Positions 39,556-47,431 of a DNA stretch of 64,000 nt are shown piece by piece. The notes under the pieces were generated by a model. The model was not told where the DNA came from. It worked only from the letters and a program-made list of their open reading frames with translations, and ran no database searches. The DNA comes from Bryobacterales bacterium (GTDB lineage Bacteria > Acidobacteriota > Terriglobia > Bryobacterales > Bryobacteraceae): the NCBI GenBank assembly GCA_003136575.1, contig PLEX01000119.1, positions 4,515-68,514 on the forward strand, given 5' to 3'. Every line of letters begins with the position of its first letter. Position 1 is the first letter of the stretch. Position numbers and translations under genes: made by a program.

Positions 39556-40059
39556 TTAAGTTTTCCCGCCCCGCCGACGATGAAGCACGAACGTCAGGAT
39601 TACATAGAATACCAGGCCGAGTGGCACGCACAGGGCGCACCAGCCGACCACGGCGTTGCGAGCCGCGCCGGCGACACTCCACAGAGTCATGCCCGGCTTC
39701 AATACGGGCGAATGTCCGGGGTTCAGACCAAAGCGGAGAATTCGCTCGCCTGCCCGACCGAGCGGGACCGCGAGCGCCAGTTGCAGAGGCGAACAGACCT
39801 GGTTGACCAGCTGGATTGCCGGAAGATTCAGACGGAACGCGACCGCGACCGCGGCGCACAAAACTGTAGGAACGCCGTAGACGGGAAATACGCCCAGCAC
39901 GAGGCCGATCGCGAATATCAACGCGATGGTCTCCGGCGACAGACCGGTCAGGGAGGCGCGGAAGCGCGTCGCCGTTGCCTGGAGACGAGTGCTTGAAAAC
40001 GAAGCGCCCGTCCTCTCCGCGTCAAGCGGCTCTGCGGGTATTACCGGCTTGTCTGGCAC
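39556..40059 (-). CDS. DUF2062-like membrane protein
   Basis: C-terminal part of ORF 39556..40587. Block SPETIALIFAIGLVLGVFPVYGVPTVLCAAVAVAFRLNLPAIQLVNQVCSPLQLAL. Proposed GTG start at 40059, 23 nt after the PHP gene stop. Confidence 0.55.
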   Translation of the reverse strand: MPDKPVIPAEPLDAERTGASFSSTRLQATATRFRASLTGLSPETIALIFAIGLVLGVFPVYGVPTVLCAAVAVAFRLNLPAIQLVNQVCSPLQLALAVPLGRAGERILRFGLNPGHSPVLKPGMTLWSVAGAARNAVVGWCALCVPLGLVFYVILTFVLHRRRGGKT

Positions 40060-40082
40060 CGCACGTCGCGCCCAGTGCGCGT

Positions 40083-41204
40083 TCAAGGAAGCATTTCTCC
40101 GCGCTGGGCGAGGAAGTGGCGCATGGCGGGCCGCAGCCCCGGGTTGGCGCACAACTGGAGGATGCCGGTAGCGGCGCTCAGCATCGTCGTCAGCGGCCAC
40201 GACGCACTCTTGCCCCAGACTTCGGTAAGCGAGCGCGCCACGCCGTCCTGCGTTCGATAGAAAACGCGATCCGTCCAGCGTTGCCTTCCCTGCGATTCCG
40301 GGTAAGTCCGAAGGATGTCCCAGGCCATTTCGAGAATGCGCTGCGCCATCGGTTCGCGATAGTGCGGCATGAAGTACGGCGCGCTTCGGCCCGCGCGAAT
40401 CTCGGCGACAAATTCGGAAAACGACGCGGCGTTCGTCAGATTGATGCACGCCGAGGGTTCGCAGGCGTGGCGGTCGCCGCCGGAGACCAGAGGGCGAAGG
40501 TACGTTTTCGCGAGGTGGACGACCTTCTCGTTTTCGTTCCAGACTCGCGTGCCATTCAGCTCGAACGCGTGGATCGAGTCGATGCATTCGCGCAGGATTC
40601 GCGGGAGTGCGCGGTCGTGATTCGCCTGCTCGATGCCTTCCTCGAGCCAGAAGGGGTGATTGAGGACGATCAGGACTTCCGGATTCGCGGCCAGATCGCG
40701 CAGCATGTCCGGCAGACGGTTCTCGTCGGGCGTCGCAGTGAACGCCGCCATCGCGGACATCGCCTCACGCGCCGAAACGGGCGGAAGGTTGTGAATGCCC
40801 AGGTGGAAAATCGAACGGTCGTACGGAACGGTCCACTCGACGGAAACCGGGACTTCGGCCGGGTCTGCGGCAACCTGTAACGAAATGCCCGCTTCGATAT
40901 TGTCATGGTCCGTGAGAGAGACCAATGGACGCAGACCCAACTTTGCGATCTGTTTTCGCTCAACATGCAAAGCGGAGGCCGGACTCAGCGGCGGAGTCCA
41001 CCAGGCGCGCGCGAAATCGACAGGACACGGCCCGCGCTCATAGCCGCTCACGATTTGGGAAACGACGGGCGCCTTATGCAGGTAACGCGGCAGGAACGAC
41101 AGGCACTCTTCGGAATGCAGCGTATGGCCGTGCAGGCAAACACCCGTTGCGAACTGCGATGCAGCTTCGGAATCCTTCCAGGCGAATTTGACGGATTTCG
41201 GCAA
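40083..41204 (-). CDS. PHP-domain-like metal-dependent phosphoesterase
   Basis: 373-aa ORF with PHP-type motifs CLHGHTLHSEE, SLTDHDNIE, HLGIHNL, LNHPFW, AFELNG and SGGDRHA. Confidence 0.55.
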   Translation of the reverse strand: MPKSVKFAWKDSEAASQFATGVCLHGHTLHSEECLSFLPRYLHKAPVVSQIVSGYERGPCPVDFARAWWTPPLSPASALHVERKQIAKLGLRPLVSLTDHDNIEAGISLQVAADPAEVPVSVEWTVPYDRSIFHLGIHNLPPVSAREAMSAMAAFTATPDENRLPDMLRDLAANPEVLIVLNHPFWLEEGIEQANHDRALPRILRECIDSIHAFELNGTRVWNENEKVVHLAKTYLRPLVSGGDRHACEPSACINLTNAASFSEFVAEIRAGRSAPYFMPHYREPMAQRILEMAWDILRTYPESQGRQRWTDRVFYRTQDGVARSLTEVWGKSASWPLTTMLSAATGILQLCANPGLRPAMRHFLAQRGEMLP

Positions 41205-41528
41205 TATATGACTCTCCCGTACCCTCAGGATGGCGGGGGAAGGTTACAATTGCTTCGCAAACGCGTGTTGGTTTGGCTAAAACACTATATAGCCCGAATG
41301 TTTTTAGGGGGTATCCCCGGGGACAAAGCGGCGACCCGCTGCGTTTCAATCACATGGCCCGCGAGTCAGTTCAAGATGAGCCTGCCCGGTGTTGATCGCG
41401 CGTTCGCCAGCGCGGTCGAAGTCAATCTGATGGGCGGATTGACCATCCTCGTCGCGCCGCCGATCGTCACGGCCCTACTGAAGATCATTGCCTGGCACCA
41501 AGAGTTCCAACCTCGAATCGGCTTCCAG

Positions 41529-42827
41529 CTACCAGAAGTAGGCAGTCTCGATCCGCGGCGGCCCGGAACTGCCTCTTACGACCTCAGTGGATATGACAGC
41601 CTGAAGATTCTTGTGCTGCCATCCGGCTGGCGCGAAGGATTCCAGTTTTTTCATGTAGGTGTCGTTCGTGACGAACTCGCCGGCCGCCAGTGTGCCGTTG
41701 GGACCGAGGCCGCCGACGGTAACGATCACTTGCTCAACGCCTGGGTCCGCCACACGGGAGACAAGGGCATAATCCCGGCCGGATTCCAATCCCGATAATC
41801 CGGAAGGTATTGACCACGATCGCGAGGGATTCCGACTATCGCGAATCGCCACCGGTCTGGAAGTGACATCAAAACTGAATCGCAACTTACCGGCGGACTT
41901 GATTGCCCAGCTATTGTTCCGCACGCCGATCAAAATGGCCGGAGAATCGCGCAGGTCGGCCAAGGTAGTGCCGTTGGGATTGAGAACCCGATAGGGCGCG
42001 TGCCGCAATCCCATGTAATCCGTGACGCGGGCGAGAGTCAGGGCATCGGTCATGGTGATCGGGCGCATGAGCGGGTCATCCGCAGGCTCGGCGGCCGCGC
42101 CGGATTGTCCAGTGTCCCGGCCGCCTTGCCCACCTTCCAGGGGACGGTTTCCCGACCCGCCGTAGCGGTTGCCCACGCAGATCAGAACCGGACGAGCCGA
42201 GGCCAACACTGGATTCCAGAACTCATCCAGGTCGCTTTGCGGACCGCCGAAGGAGGCTCGCAGAATCGCAAGAACGGCCAGCGCCGCAGCCGGCAGCACG
42301 AACATCGCCCGGCGGTAGGTATTCGCAGCTGGTTTGACTTCCACGGCGTCGGGTATTTCCCGAATTTCCGCCAGGGCGGCTACGGGAACCGCCTCGGTAA
42401 CCGGCGCGCGAAACTGCGGGATATAAGATCCCAGCGGCAGGTCAATCCGGATCTCGCCGGAATGGCTGGGGTCCACGTAGTATTGCGCCAGACGGCGACG
42501 CACTTCACCCGCGGCCGAACGGACAACGTGATCCGAGTTCGTATCGTAATCGGCGGCCCTGCCGAAGACCTCGACTCCGATGGTCCGCTCTTTCAGGCAC
42601 TCGGCATTTCCATCGAGCGTCGTCTCCACAACAAAGCGCAGAAACGCAGGGTACCGTTTGCTGGTGCCAAAGACGGAGCTGGCAAGAATACGTTCCAGTT
42701 GCCTATGGACTTCTTCCCGATCCCTGGACGTTCCGGGAAATGGCGCGGAGCTGACTGCGCCAATCTGACTTGTAGTAGACATTTGGACCCACCCGAAACG
42801 GAGGCATAACCCCACCCGGTTCGCCAT
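41529..42827 (-). CDS. single-pass membrane protein with an N-terminal wHTH-like (trans_reg_C-related) module and a periplasmic domain
   Basis: N-terminal block LERILASSVFGTSKRYPAFLRFVVETTLDGNAECLKERTIGVEVFGRAADYDTNSDHVVRSAAGEVRRRLAQYY, then a TM segment (MFVLPAAALAVLAILRASF) and a ~240-aa extracytoplasmic domain. Alternative start at ATG 42782. Confidence 0.6.
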   Translation of the reverse strand: MANRVGLCLRFGWVQMSTTSQIGAVSSAPFPGTSRDREEVHRQLERILASSVFGTSKRYPAFLRFVVETTLDGNAECLKERTIGVEVFGRAADYDTNSDHVVRSAAGEVRRRLAQYYVDPSHSGEIRIDLPLGSYIPQFRAPVTEAVPVAALAEIREIPDAVEVKPAANTYRRAMFVLPAAALAVLAILRASFGGPQSDLDEFWNPVLASARPVLICVGNRYGGSGNRPLEGGQGGRDTGQSGAAAEPADDPLMRPITMTDALTLARVTDYMGLRHAPYRVLNPNGTTLADLRDSPAILIGVRNNSWAIKSAGKLRFSFDVTSRPVAIRDSRNPSRSWSIPSGLSGLESGRDYALVSRVADPGVEQVIVTVGGLGPNGTLAAGEFVTNDTYMKKLESFAPAGWQHKNLQAVISTEVVRGSSGPPRIETAYFW

Positions 42828-42974
42828 AGGAGTATATCACGGATTTCGGGACTCAGCGGCCCGCCGAAAGCGACGTCCCGTACCGTCGTAGACGCCCTGC
42901 CTTCTGGTCGCCTATAGTATTGAAAATGTTATGGTTGAAATGGCAAGGACGGTCAAACGCTTGCGGCTGGGGTT

Positions 42975-42992
42975 GTATTGGGTCGACAATAC
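42975..42992. promoter_or_regulatory. inverted repeat GTATTG-n6-CAATAC in the divergent intergenic region (a related TAGTATTG lies at 42915-42922)
   Basis: Read directly. It lies 75 nt upstream of the 43067 start codon, between divergent genes. Confidence 0.25.
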
Positions 42993-43066
42993 TAGAAACT
43001 GCGAGACGCACCTTAACGCGTCAGAAGGACCCGCCTTGCGCTGGTCTGCACAGGAGTTTGGCAACA

Positions 43067-43501
43067 ATGAAGTTAACGAATATCCCCGGTTACTGTCTTT
43101 CTGTGTTCGTGCTCGGCGCGACGGCGGCTTATGCCCATCACTCGTTCGCGATGTTCGAGATGTCGAAGAACGTAACGTACGTGGGAACCGTTCTCGAGTA
43201 CAACTGGGAGAATCCCCATACGCACATCATCGTAAAGGTGCCCGAAGGGCGGGATAAAGCTACGGTCGGGACTTGGGATGTGGAGGGCGGCGCCGTCAAC
43301 ATCATGTCAAAACAGGGCTGGAACCGCGCGACCTTCAAGCCTGGCGACCAGATAACCGTGGTCGGGCACCCGATGAAAGACGGATCCAAAGGCGTCTCGC
43401 TATTTTATGTGATCATGCCGGACGGCAAGCGGTTGTATCACGATATTGCGCGGCCCGCTCCCGATGGAGCCGAGCCGCCACGCCAGCCGAATGCGCAGTA
43501 G
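43067..43501 (+). CDS. secreted protein with mature N-terminus HHSF (DUF6152-like)
   Basis: Start at ATG 43067, with AGGAG 11 nt upstream. Signal peptide MKLTNIPGYCLSVFVLGATAAYA, then HHSFAMFEMSKNVTYVGTVLEYNWENPHTHIIV. The DUF6152 label is recalled from memory. Confidence 0.7.
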   Translation: MKLTNIPGYCLSVFVLGATAAYAHHSFAMFEMSKNVTYVGTVLEYNWENPHTHIIVKVPEGRDKATVGTWDVEGGAVNIMSKQGWNRATFKPGDQITVVGHPMKDGSKGVSLFYVIMPDGKRLYHDIARPAPDGAEPPRQPNAQ

Positions 43502-43504
43502 CCA

Positions 43505-43993
43505 ATGTCGCCGATCAATATTCTGAACTGGCTCCAGCATACGTGGTGGGCCGTCGGGATTAAGGAGTCGGATTTTGTCTTCCCTCTGATTGAGGGGAGC
43601 CATATTCTCTCGCTTTCATTCTCGGTCGGCATGGTCATGATCCTCGATATGCGGTTGCTGCGAATCTCCTTTCGCAGCCAGCCGGTTTCACAGTTGATGG
43701 GGCAGCTCATGCCCTGGACGATGACCGGTTTCGCCGTTATGCTGCTGACCGGAATCCTGCTATTCGCCGCGCAGGCCGTCAAGGTCTATGGCAACACATT
43801 TTTCAGAATCAAAATGATTCTGATGTTGTTGGCCGGACTCAACGCCCTGTACTACCAGGTCAGATACTACCCGAAGATGGCGGAATGGGAACGCACGAAG
43901 ACGCCGCTCGGCGTGCGCATTATTGCTGTCCTTTCCCTGATCCTCTGGATCGGCGTGATCGCCTGCGGCCGCACGACGGCGTACGAACTGTAG
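43505..43993 (+). CDS. 4-TM membrane protein, paralog 1 (DUF6644-like)
   Basis: 162 aa. Motifs EGSHILSLS, ILDMRLL, MPWTMTG, FRIKMILMLLAG and LWIGVIACGRTTAY. Starts 3 nt after the upstream stop. Confidence 0.75.
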   Translation: MSPINILNWLQHTWWAVGIKESDFVFPLIEGSHILSLSFSVGMVMILDMRLLRISFRSQPVSQLMGQLMPWTMTGFAVMLLTGILLFAAQAVKVYGNTFFRIKMILMLLAGLNALYYQVRYYPKMAEWERTKTPLGVRIIAVLSLILWIGVIACGRTTAYEL

Positions 43994-44015
43994 GAATTGC
44001 CGGTCCACCTTCTCC

Positions 44016-44504
44016 ATGTTCCAGACATTCATCGATCGTTTTGTCCAATGGTGTTACTACTCGAAGGACTATGCGTTCATTCGGGATACTCCCTATGGCG
44101 TGCCCTTTGTGCAGTCCATGCATCTGACCGGAATTACGTTGTTGCTGGGAACGACGCTGGCGCTCAATCTCCGGCTCCTGGGCATCGGCTTTAAACGCAT
44201 GTCTCTTCCGTATCTGGCGGAGCAACTCTGGCTGTGGACGAAAGCGGGGATGGCGCTGACCGTCGTTTCGGGCATTATGGTCTTTCTTCCGGATCCGACC
44301 CGTTATGCGCATAACGGCCCCTTCCGGCTGAAGATGATACTGCTATGTCTTGCGCTGGCGTATCAGTTCGCGGTGTTTCGCAGGGTGGTCCGGACCGATC
44401 CGGAATCCGGATCGAAAGCGCGGAACGCCGCATTCAGTGCGTTGTCTCTGTGCCTCTGGTTCGGTGTGGCGTGGTCGGGCCGGGCGATTGCCTTCTTCCA
44501 GTAG
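44016..44504 (+). CDS. 4-TM membrane protein, paralog 2 (DUF6644-like)
   Basis: 162 aa. Motifs VQSMHLTGIT, ALNLRLL, LWLWTKAG, FRLKMILLCLA and LWFGVAWSGRAIAF. Confidence 0.75.
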   Translation: MFQTFIDRFVQWCYYSKDYAFIRDTPYGVPFVQSMHLTGITLLLGTTLALNLRLLGIGFKRMSLPYLAEQLWLWTKAGMALTVVSGIMVFLPDPTRYAHNGPFRLKMILLCLALAYQFAVFRRVVRTDPESGSKARNAAFSALSLCLWFGVAWSGRAIAFFQ

Positions 44505-44525
44505 CCCGATTGCCGGTGGGCAGGT

Positions 44526-45062
44526 TCAAACCAGATGGGCGAGCCGGCGCAACAAACCTGCAATCGCGTTCGGATCGTCGTAATAGGCGATCCACCTTCC
44601 GCAGACGACCAGACTCAGCCAGAGAATCAGGGAAGCGCCCCCCGCGATCACAGCCTTCGCCGGCAGCTTTCCTTCCTCATCCAGGCGGGTGTTGTAATAA
44701 ACGCTGCGATGAAAGATCAGTCCGTGGATGCCTGTCAGGATCAGCAGGGATAACTTGAGCTGAAAATACGGATTCGCGCAGTACTTCTCCAGATGCGAGC
44801 CGGCGAGAAGGATGCCGCACGCGATCATGACGACGAAGCCGATACGCTTCCACACGCGCAGCGATTCAATCACCACGCTGGCCGGAGTATGCTTCAGCGC
44901 CAGATTCAACAGACGGAGATTCGTCATCAGAATCATGCCGCCAAAAATGGCGATGCAGGAGAGATGAGTCGCCATCACGGTCGGATAGAACAGTTCCGAC
45001 TGGCGGACCGACGTAAAAAAGTCGGTACTCTGGATCGCGTGGCTTAGAGTCGCTAACGACAT
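44526..45062 (-). CDS. 4-TM membrane protein, paralog 3 (DUF6644-like)
   Basis: 178 aa. Motifs VMATHLSCIA, MTNLRLL, LRVWKRIG, FQLKLSLLILTG and LWLSLVVCGRWIAY. Confidence 0.75.
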   Translation of the reverse strand: MSLATLSHAIQSTDFFTSVRQSELFYPTVMATHLSCIAIFGGMILMTNLRLLNLALKHTPASVVIESLRVWKRIGFVVMIACGILLAGSHLEKYCANPYFQLKLSLLILTGIHGLIFHRSVYYNTRLDEEGKLPAKAVIAGGASLILWLSLVVCGRWIAYYDDPNAIAGLLRRLAHLV

Positions 45063-45071
45063 GGGAACTCG

Positions 45072-45545
45072 CTAATACCCGCCTGGGTTGAAAGCGAAGA
45101 ACAGGCCGGAAAACACTATCGTTACCCAGAGAATCATGGATATTGCCCCTGTGGCCTTCGCGATGAAGGGAGAGGAACCAGACAGCGCCACTCTCCGGTG
45201 GAACGTGTAGTTGAAAACGATGGCGGCCAACAGCACCCAGATCTTGAACCGGAAGGTCGGGCTGTAGTAATAGCGCAGCGGATCGGACGAAAAGATCGCC
45301 AGCCCGGCGGTAATGACGGTTGCCAGCCCGGCCACCGTCCACAACTCGGTAGCGCGCAGAATCTGCGCGGGACTGCGTCCTTTGACGCCGGCGCCAAGCA
45401 GGCTCATGTCCACCATGGCGATCGTCCCGATGGAAAGCGCGAACGATCCGATATGAACACACTCCATGGCCGCGAACAGCCATTCCACCGTGTTCATTGG
45501 ATTGGTGGAGAGGTCGTAAGGTTGTATCAACTCGATCTCCGCCAC
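45072..45545 (-). CDS. 4-TM membrane protein, paralog 4 (DUF6644-like)
   Basis: 157 aa. Motifs MECVHIGSFA, MVDMSLL, TELWTVAG, FRFKIWVLLAA and LWVTIVFSGLFFAF. Confidence 0.75.
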   Translation of the reverse strand: MAEIELIQPYDLSTNPMNTVEWLFAAMECVHIGSFALSIGTIAMVDMSLLGAGVKGRSPAQILRATELWTVAGLATVITAGLAIFSSDPLRYYYSPTFRFKIWVLLAAIVFNYTFHRRVALSGSSPFIAKATGAISMILWVTIVFSGLFFAFNPGGY

Positions 45546-45576
45546 TGGTGCGCAACATTCTTTTTCCCGGTATGCG

Positions 45577-46530
45577 TCACAGATCCAGTGCTCGTTCCAT
45601 CCAGTCTATCTGTCTGCGCGTTTCCTCGACGGCGGTGAAGCCGGGAGTCGTGTAACTCCTCTCGAGGATGAAAGCAATCGGGTAGTGCCTGTCCCTTGCC
45701 ATCCGCAGCATGTCGTAAATCCTGAGCACGCCTTCGCCCAATTCAGTGGCGGGGCCGCCGCCGACCGATTTTACGTCTTTCACATGGACATGGCTGATGC
45801 GATCATGGTGTTCCGTGAAGTACTTCAACGGATCGTTGCCGCCGTCCGCGAAGTGGCCGATGTCCAGATTCACCATGAAGTACTTCGACATCGACAGAAG
45901 CTTCGCCAGACTTTCGGGCGAGGCAACCTCGTTGGGGTCGTTCACCAGAGCATGGGTATGCCAGGCGGGCATAATCCTGTACTTCTCGGCGTAAGGAACA
46001 ATTCGGGGGCCGGCAGACACGCGGCTCTGATTGGTACAGAACCGGTCGACACCCAGAGCCTGCATCTGTTTGAAGACAGCCTCGATTTCCGGTTCGGTGA
46101 AGTCGTCGCCGATCGTCATCACCAAGGAATACAGGTTCAATCCCGCCGCGTCGAATTTCCTGCGGATTTCCCGGAAACGGTCCAGCGGCCCGTTGATTCG
46201 CCAATCGCGCAGTGCCTCCCGGGACTTCTGGTATTCGGGCGTCACTGTTGTCGGTGCCTGGCCACCGATGCCGCCGCCCGTCACGCGGGGTTCCAGTGGC
46301 GTATTGACCAATTCCACGGTGCCCGCTTTGGCATCGATGCATTGTTGGACGATCAGATCAACGACATCCTGACCCGGCGCGGCGTTGGCCTGTCCGAGCG
46401 ATCCGGTGATTGCGCCGAGCCTGACGCCTTTATAAACCGCATCGACAGCCGCGCTCTTCAGACTGGTAGCGGCCAGCGTGGGGAGCGTGGCGCCTGCGAG
46501 TATCTTCCCCCATTCGCGTCGTGAATACAT
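45577..46530 (-). CDS. xylose-isomerase-like TIM-barrel protein (sugar phosphate isomerase/epimerase family) with a Tat-like signal
   Basis: Start at ATG 46530 (MYSRREWGKILAGATLPTLAATSL). Motifs VELVN, WHTHA, NLDIGHF and ISHVHVKDV. Confidence 0.7.
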   Translation of the reverse strand: MYSRREWGKILAGATLPTLAATSLKSAAVDAVYKGVRLGAITGSLGQANAAPGQDVVDLIVQQCIDAKAGTVELVNTPLEPRVTGGGIGGQAPTTVTPEYQKSREALRDWRINGPLDRFREIRRKFDAAGLNLYSLVMTIGDDFTEPEIEAVFKQMQALGVDRFCTNQSRVSAGPRIVPYAEKYRIMPAWHTHALVNDPNEVASPESLAKLLSMSKYFMVNLDIGHFADGGNDPLKYFTEHHDRISHVHVKDVKSVGGGPATELGEGVLRIYDMLRMARDRHYPIAFILERSYTTPGFTAVEETRRQIDWMERALDL

Positions 46531-46540
46531 GGCTCGCGGT

Positions 46541-47431
46541 TTACCTTTGCACGGGTGGCACAATCGACTGGTTCCACAGCGGGTCGGTGGCGTCGCAGAA
46601 GGTTTCGAGCGCATACGATCCCGGTTCCGTCCGGTCGAAAAAATACTGAAAGGTGTGCGGCTTCTGGTAGATTTTCGGATCGATCCAGGTAAACGTGATC
46701 GTCAGGTGCTTCCCGTCGGCCGAAGGCGTGTAGCGTTGAATGGCGCGCGTCTCCGCGGTGCGATAGCCGCCCGCCGTGACCGCACCCGGGGTCATGTCGC
46801 CGGTTTCTACCACCAGCGTGCCGTCCGCTTCAAAATGCCCCACGGAATAGCCCGAACTGGTTGGCTGCCGGACGGAGGCATCGGGGATGGCAGTCCGGTT
46901 GAGATAAATCCGCCGCGAGCCATTGCGTTCCTGAACCACCAGTGCTTCCTGCCTGCTCACCACCATGTGGAAGCCTTCGGAATCGTATTCCATGCCGAGT
47001 TGCCCGCCGCCATTGAACGAGCAGGAATTCTGCCGCACGAGGTAGGGCACGCCGACCTCATGCGGACCCGTATCGGCTGTCTGACCGCCCCCTGGGCCTC
47101 CCCGGCCCCCACCTCGCCCGCCGCGTCCTCCACCCTGCGCCAGCGCGGCACCTTCCGGAGTGAGCAAGGCGGGAGTAAAGGTTCTTGTCAGCGCGTCCCA
47201 GCTTCCCGCGCCAACGGGATCGATGCGCACCCAATCGCCTTCCACACTGGGCGGAACCGGTGCGGCTTGTCCCCGCCCGCCGCCGCGTCCTTGCACGCTG
47301 CCCGGCGTCTGGGCAAGCAGCAGCGCCGAGGCCGCTATACCCATCAGGATCAGCCGGAATGGCCGGACTCCCGAACTGCTCACTTCATTTCCCATAGCCA
47401 ATTCAAACTCCCTGTTTGCCGAGCGCCTCAT
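46541..47431 (-). CDS. secreted hypothetical protein, paralog B, with Gly/Arg-rich segments
   Basis: Signal-like FRLILMGIAASALLLAQ; GRGGGRGQ and QGGGRGGRGGGRGGPGGGQ. Shared core with paralog A: SVGHFEADGTLVVET...IQRYT...ITFTWIDPKIYQKPHTFQY. Its ATG overlaps the stop of paralog A (ATGA). Confidence 0.65.
   Translation of the reverse strand: MRRSANREFELAMGNEVSSSGVRPFRLILMGIAASALLLAQTPGSVQGRGGGRGQAAPVPPSVEGDWVRIDPVGAGSWDALTRTFTPALLTPEGAALAQGGGRGGRGGGRGGPGGGQTADTGPHEVGVPYLVRQNSCSFNGGGQLGMEYDSEGFHMVVSRQEALVVQERNGSRRIYLNRTAIPDASVRQPTSSGYSVGHFEADGTLVVETGDMTPGAVTAGGYRTAETRAIQRYTPSADGKHLTITFTWIDPKIYQKPHTFQYFFDRTEPGSYALETFCDATDPLWNQSIVPPVQR

Noticed and set aside
41345-41528. Plus-strand fragment MSLPGVDRAFASAVEVNLMGGLTILVAPPIVTALLKIIAWHQ, resembling the C-terminus of nucleotidyltransferase/AbiEii-like proteins.
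   Set aside because: Only about 45 aa. The frame runs on as antisense of the next gene, and the similarity rests on a loose pattern from memory.
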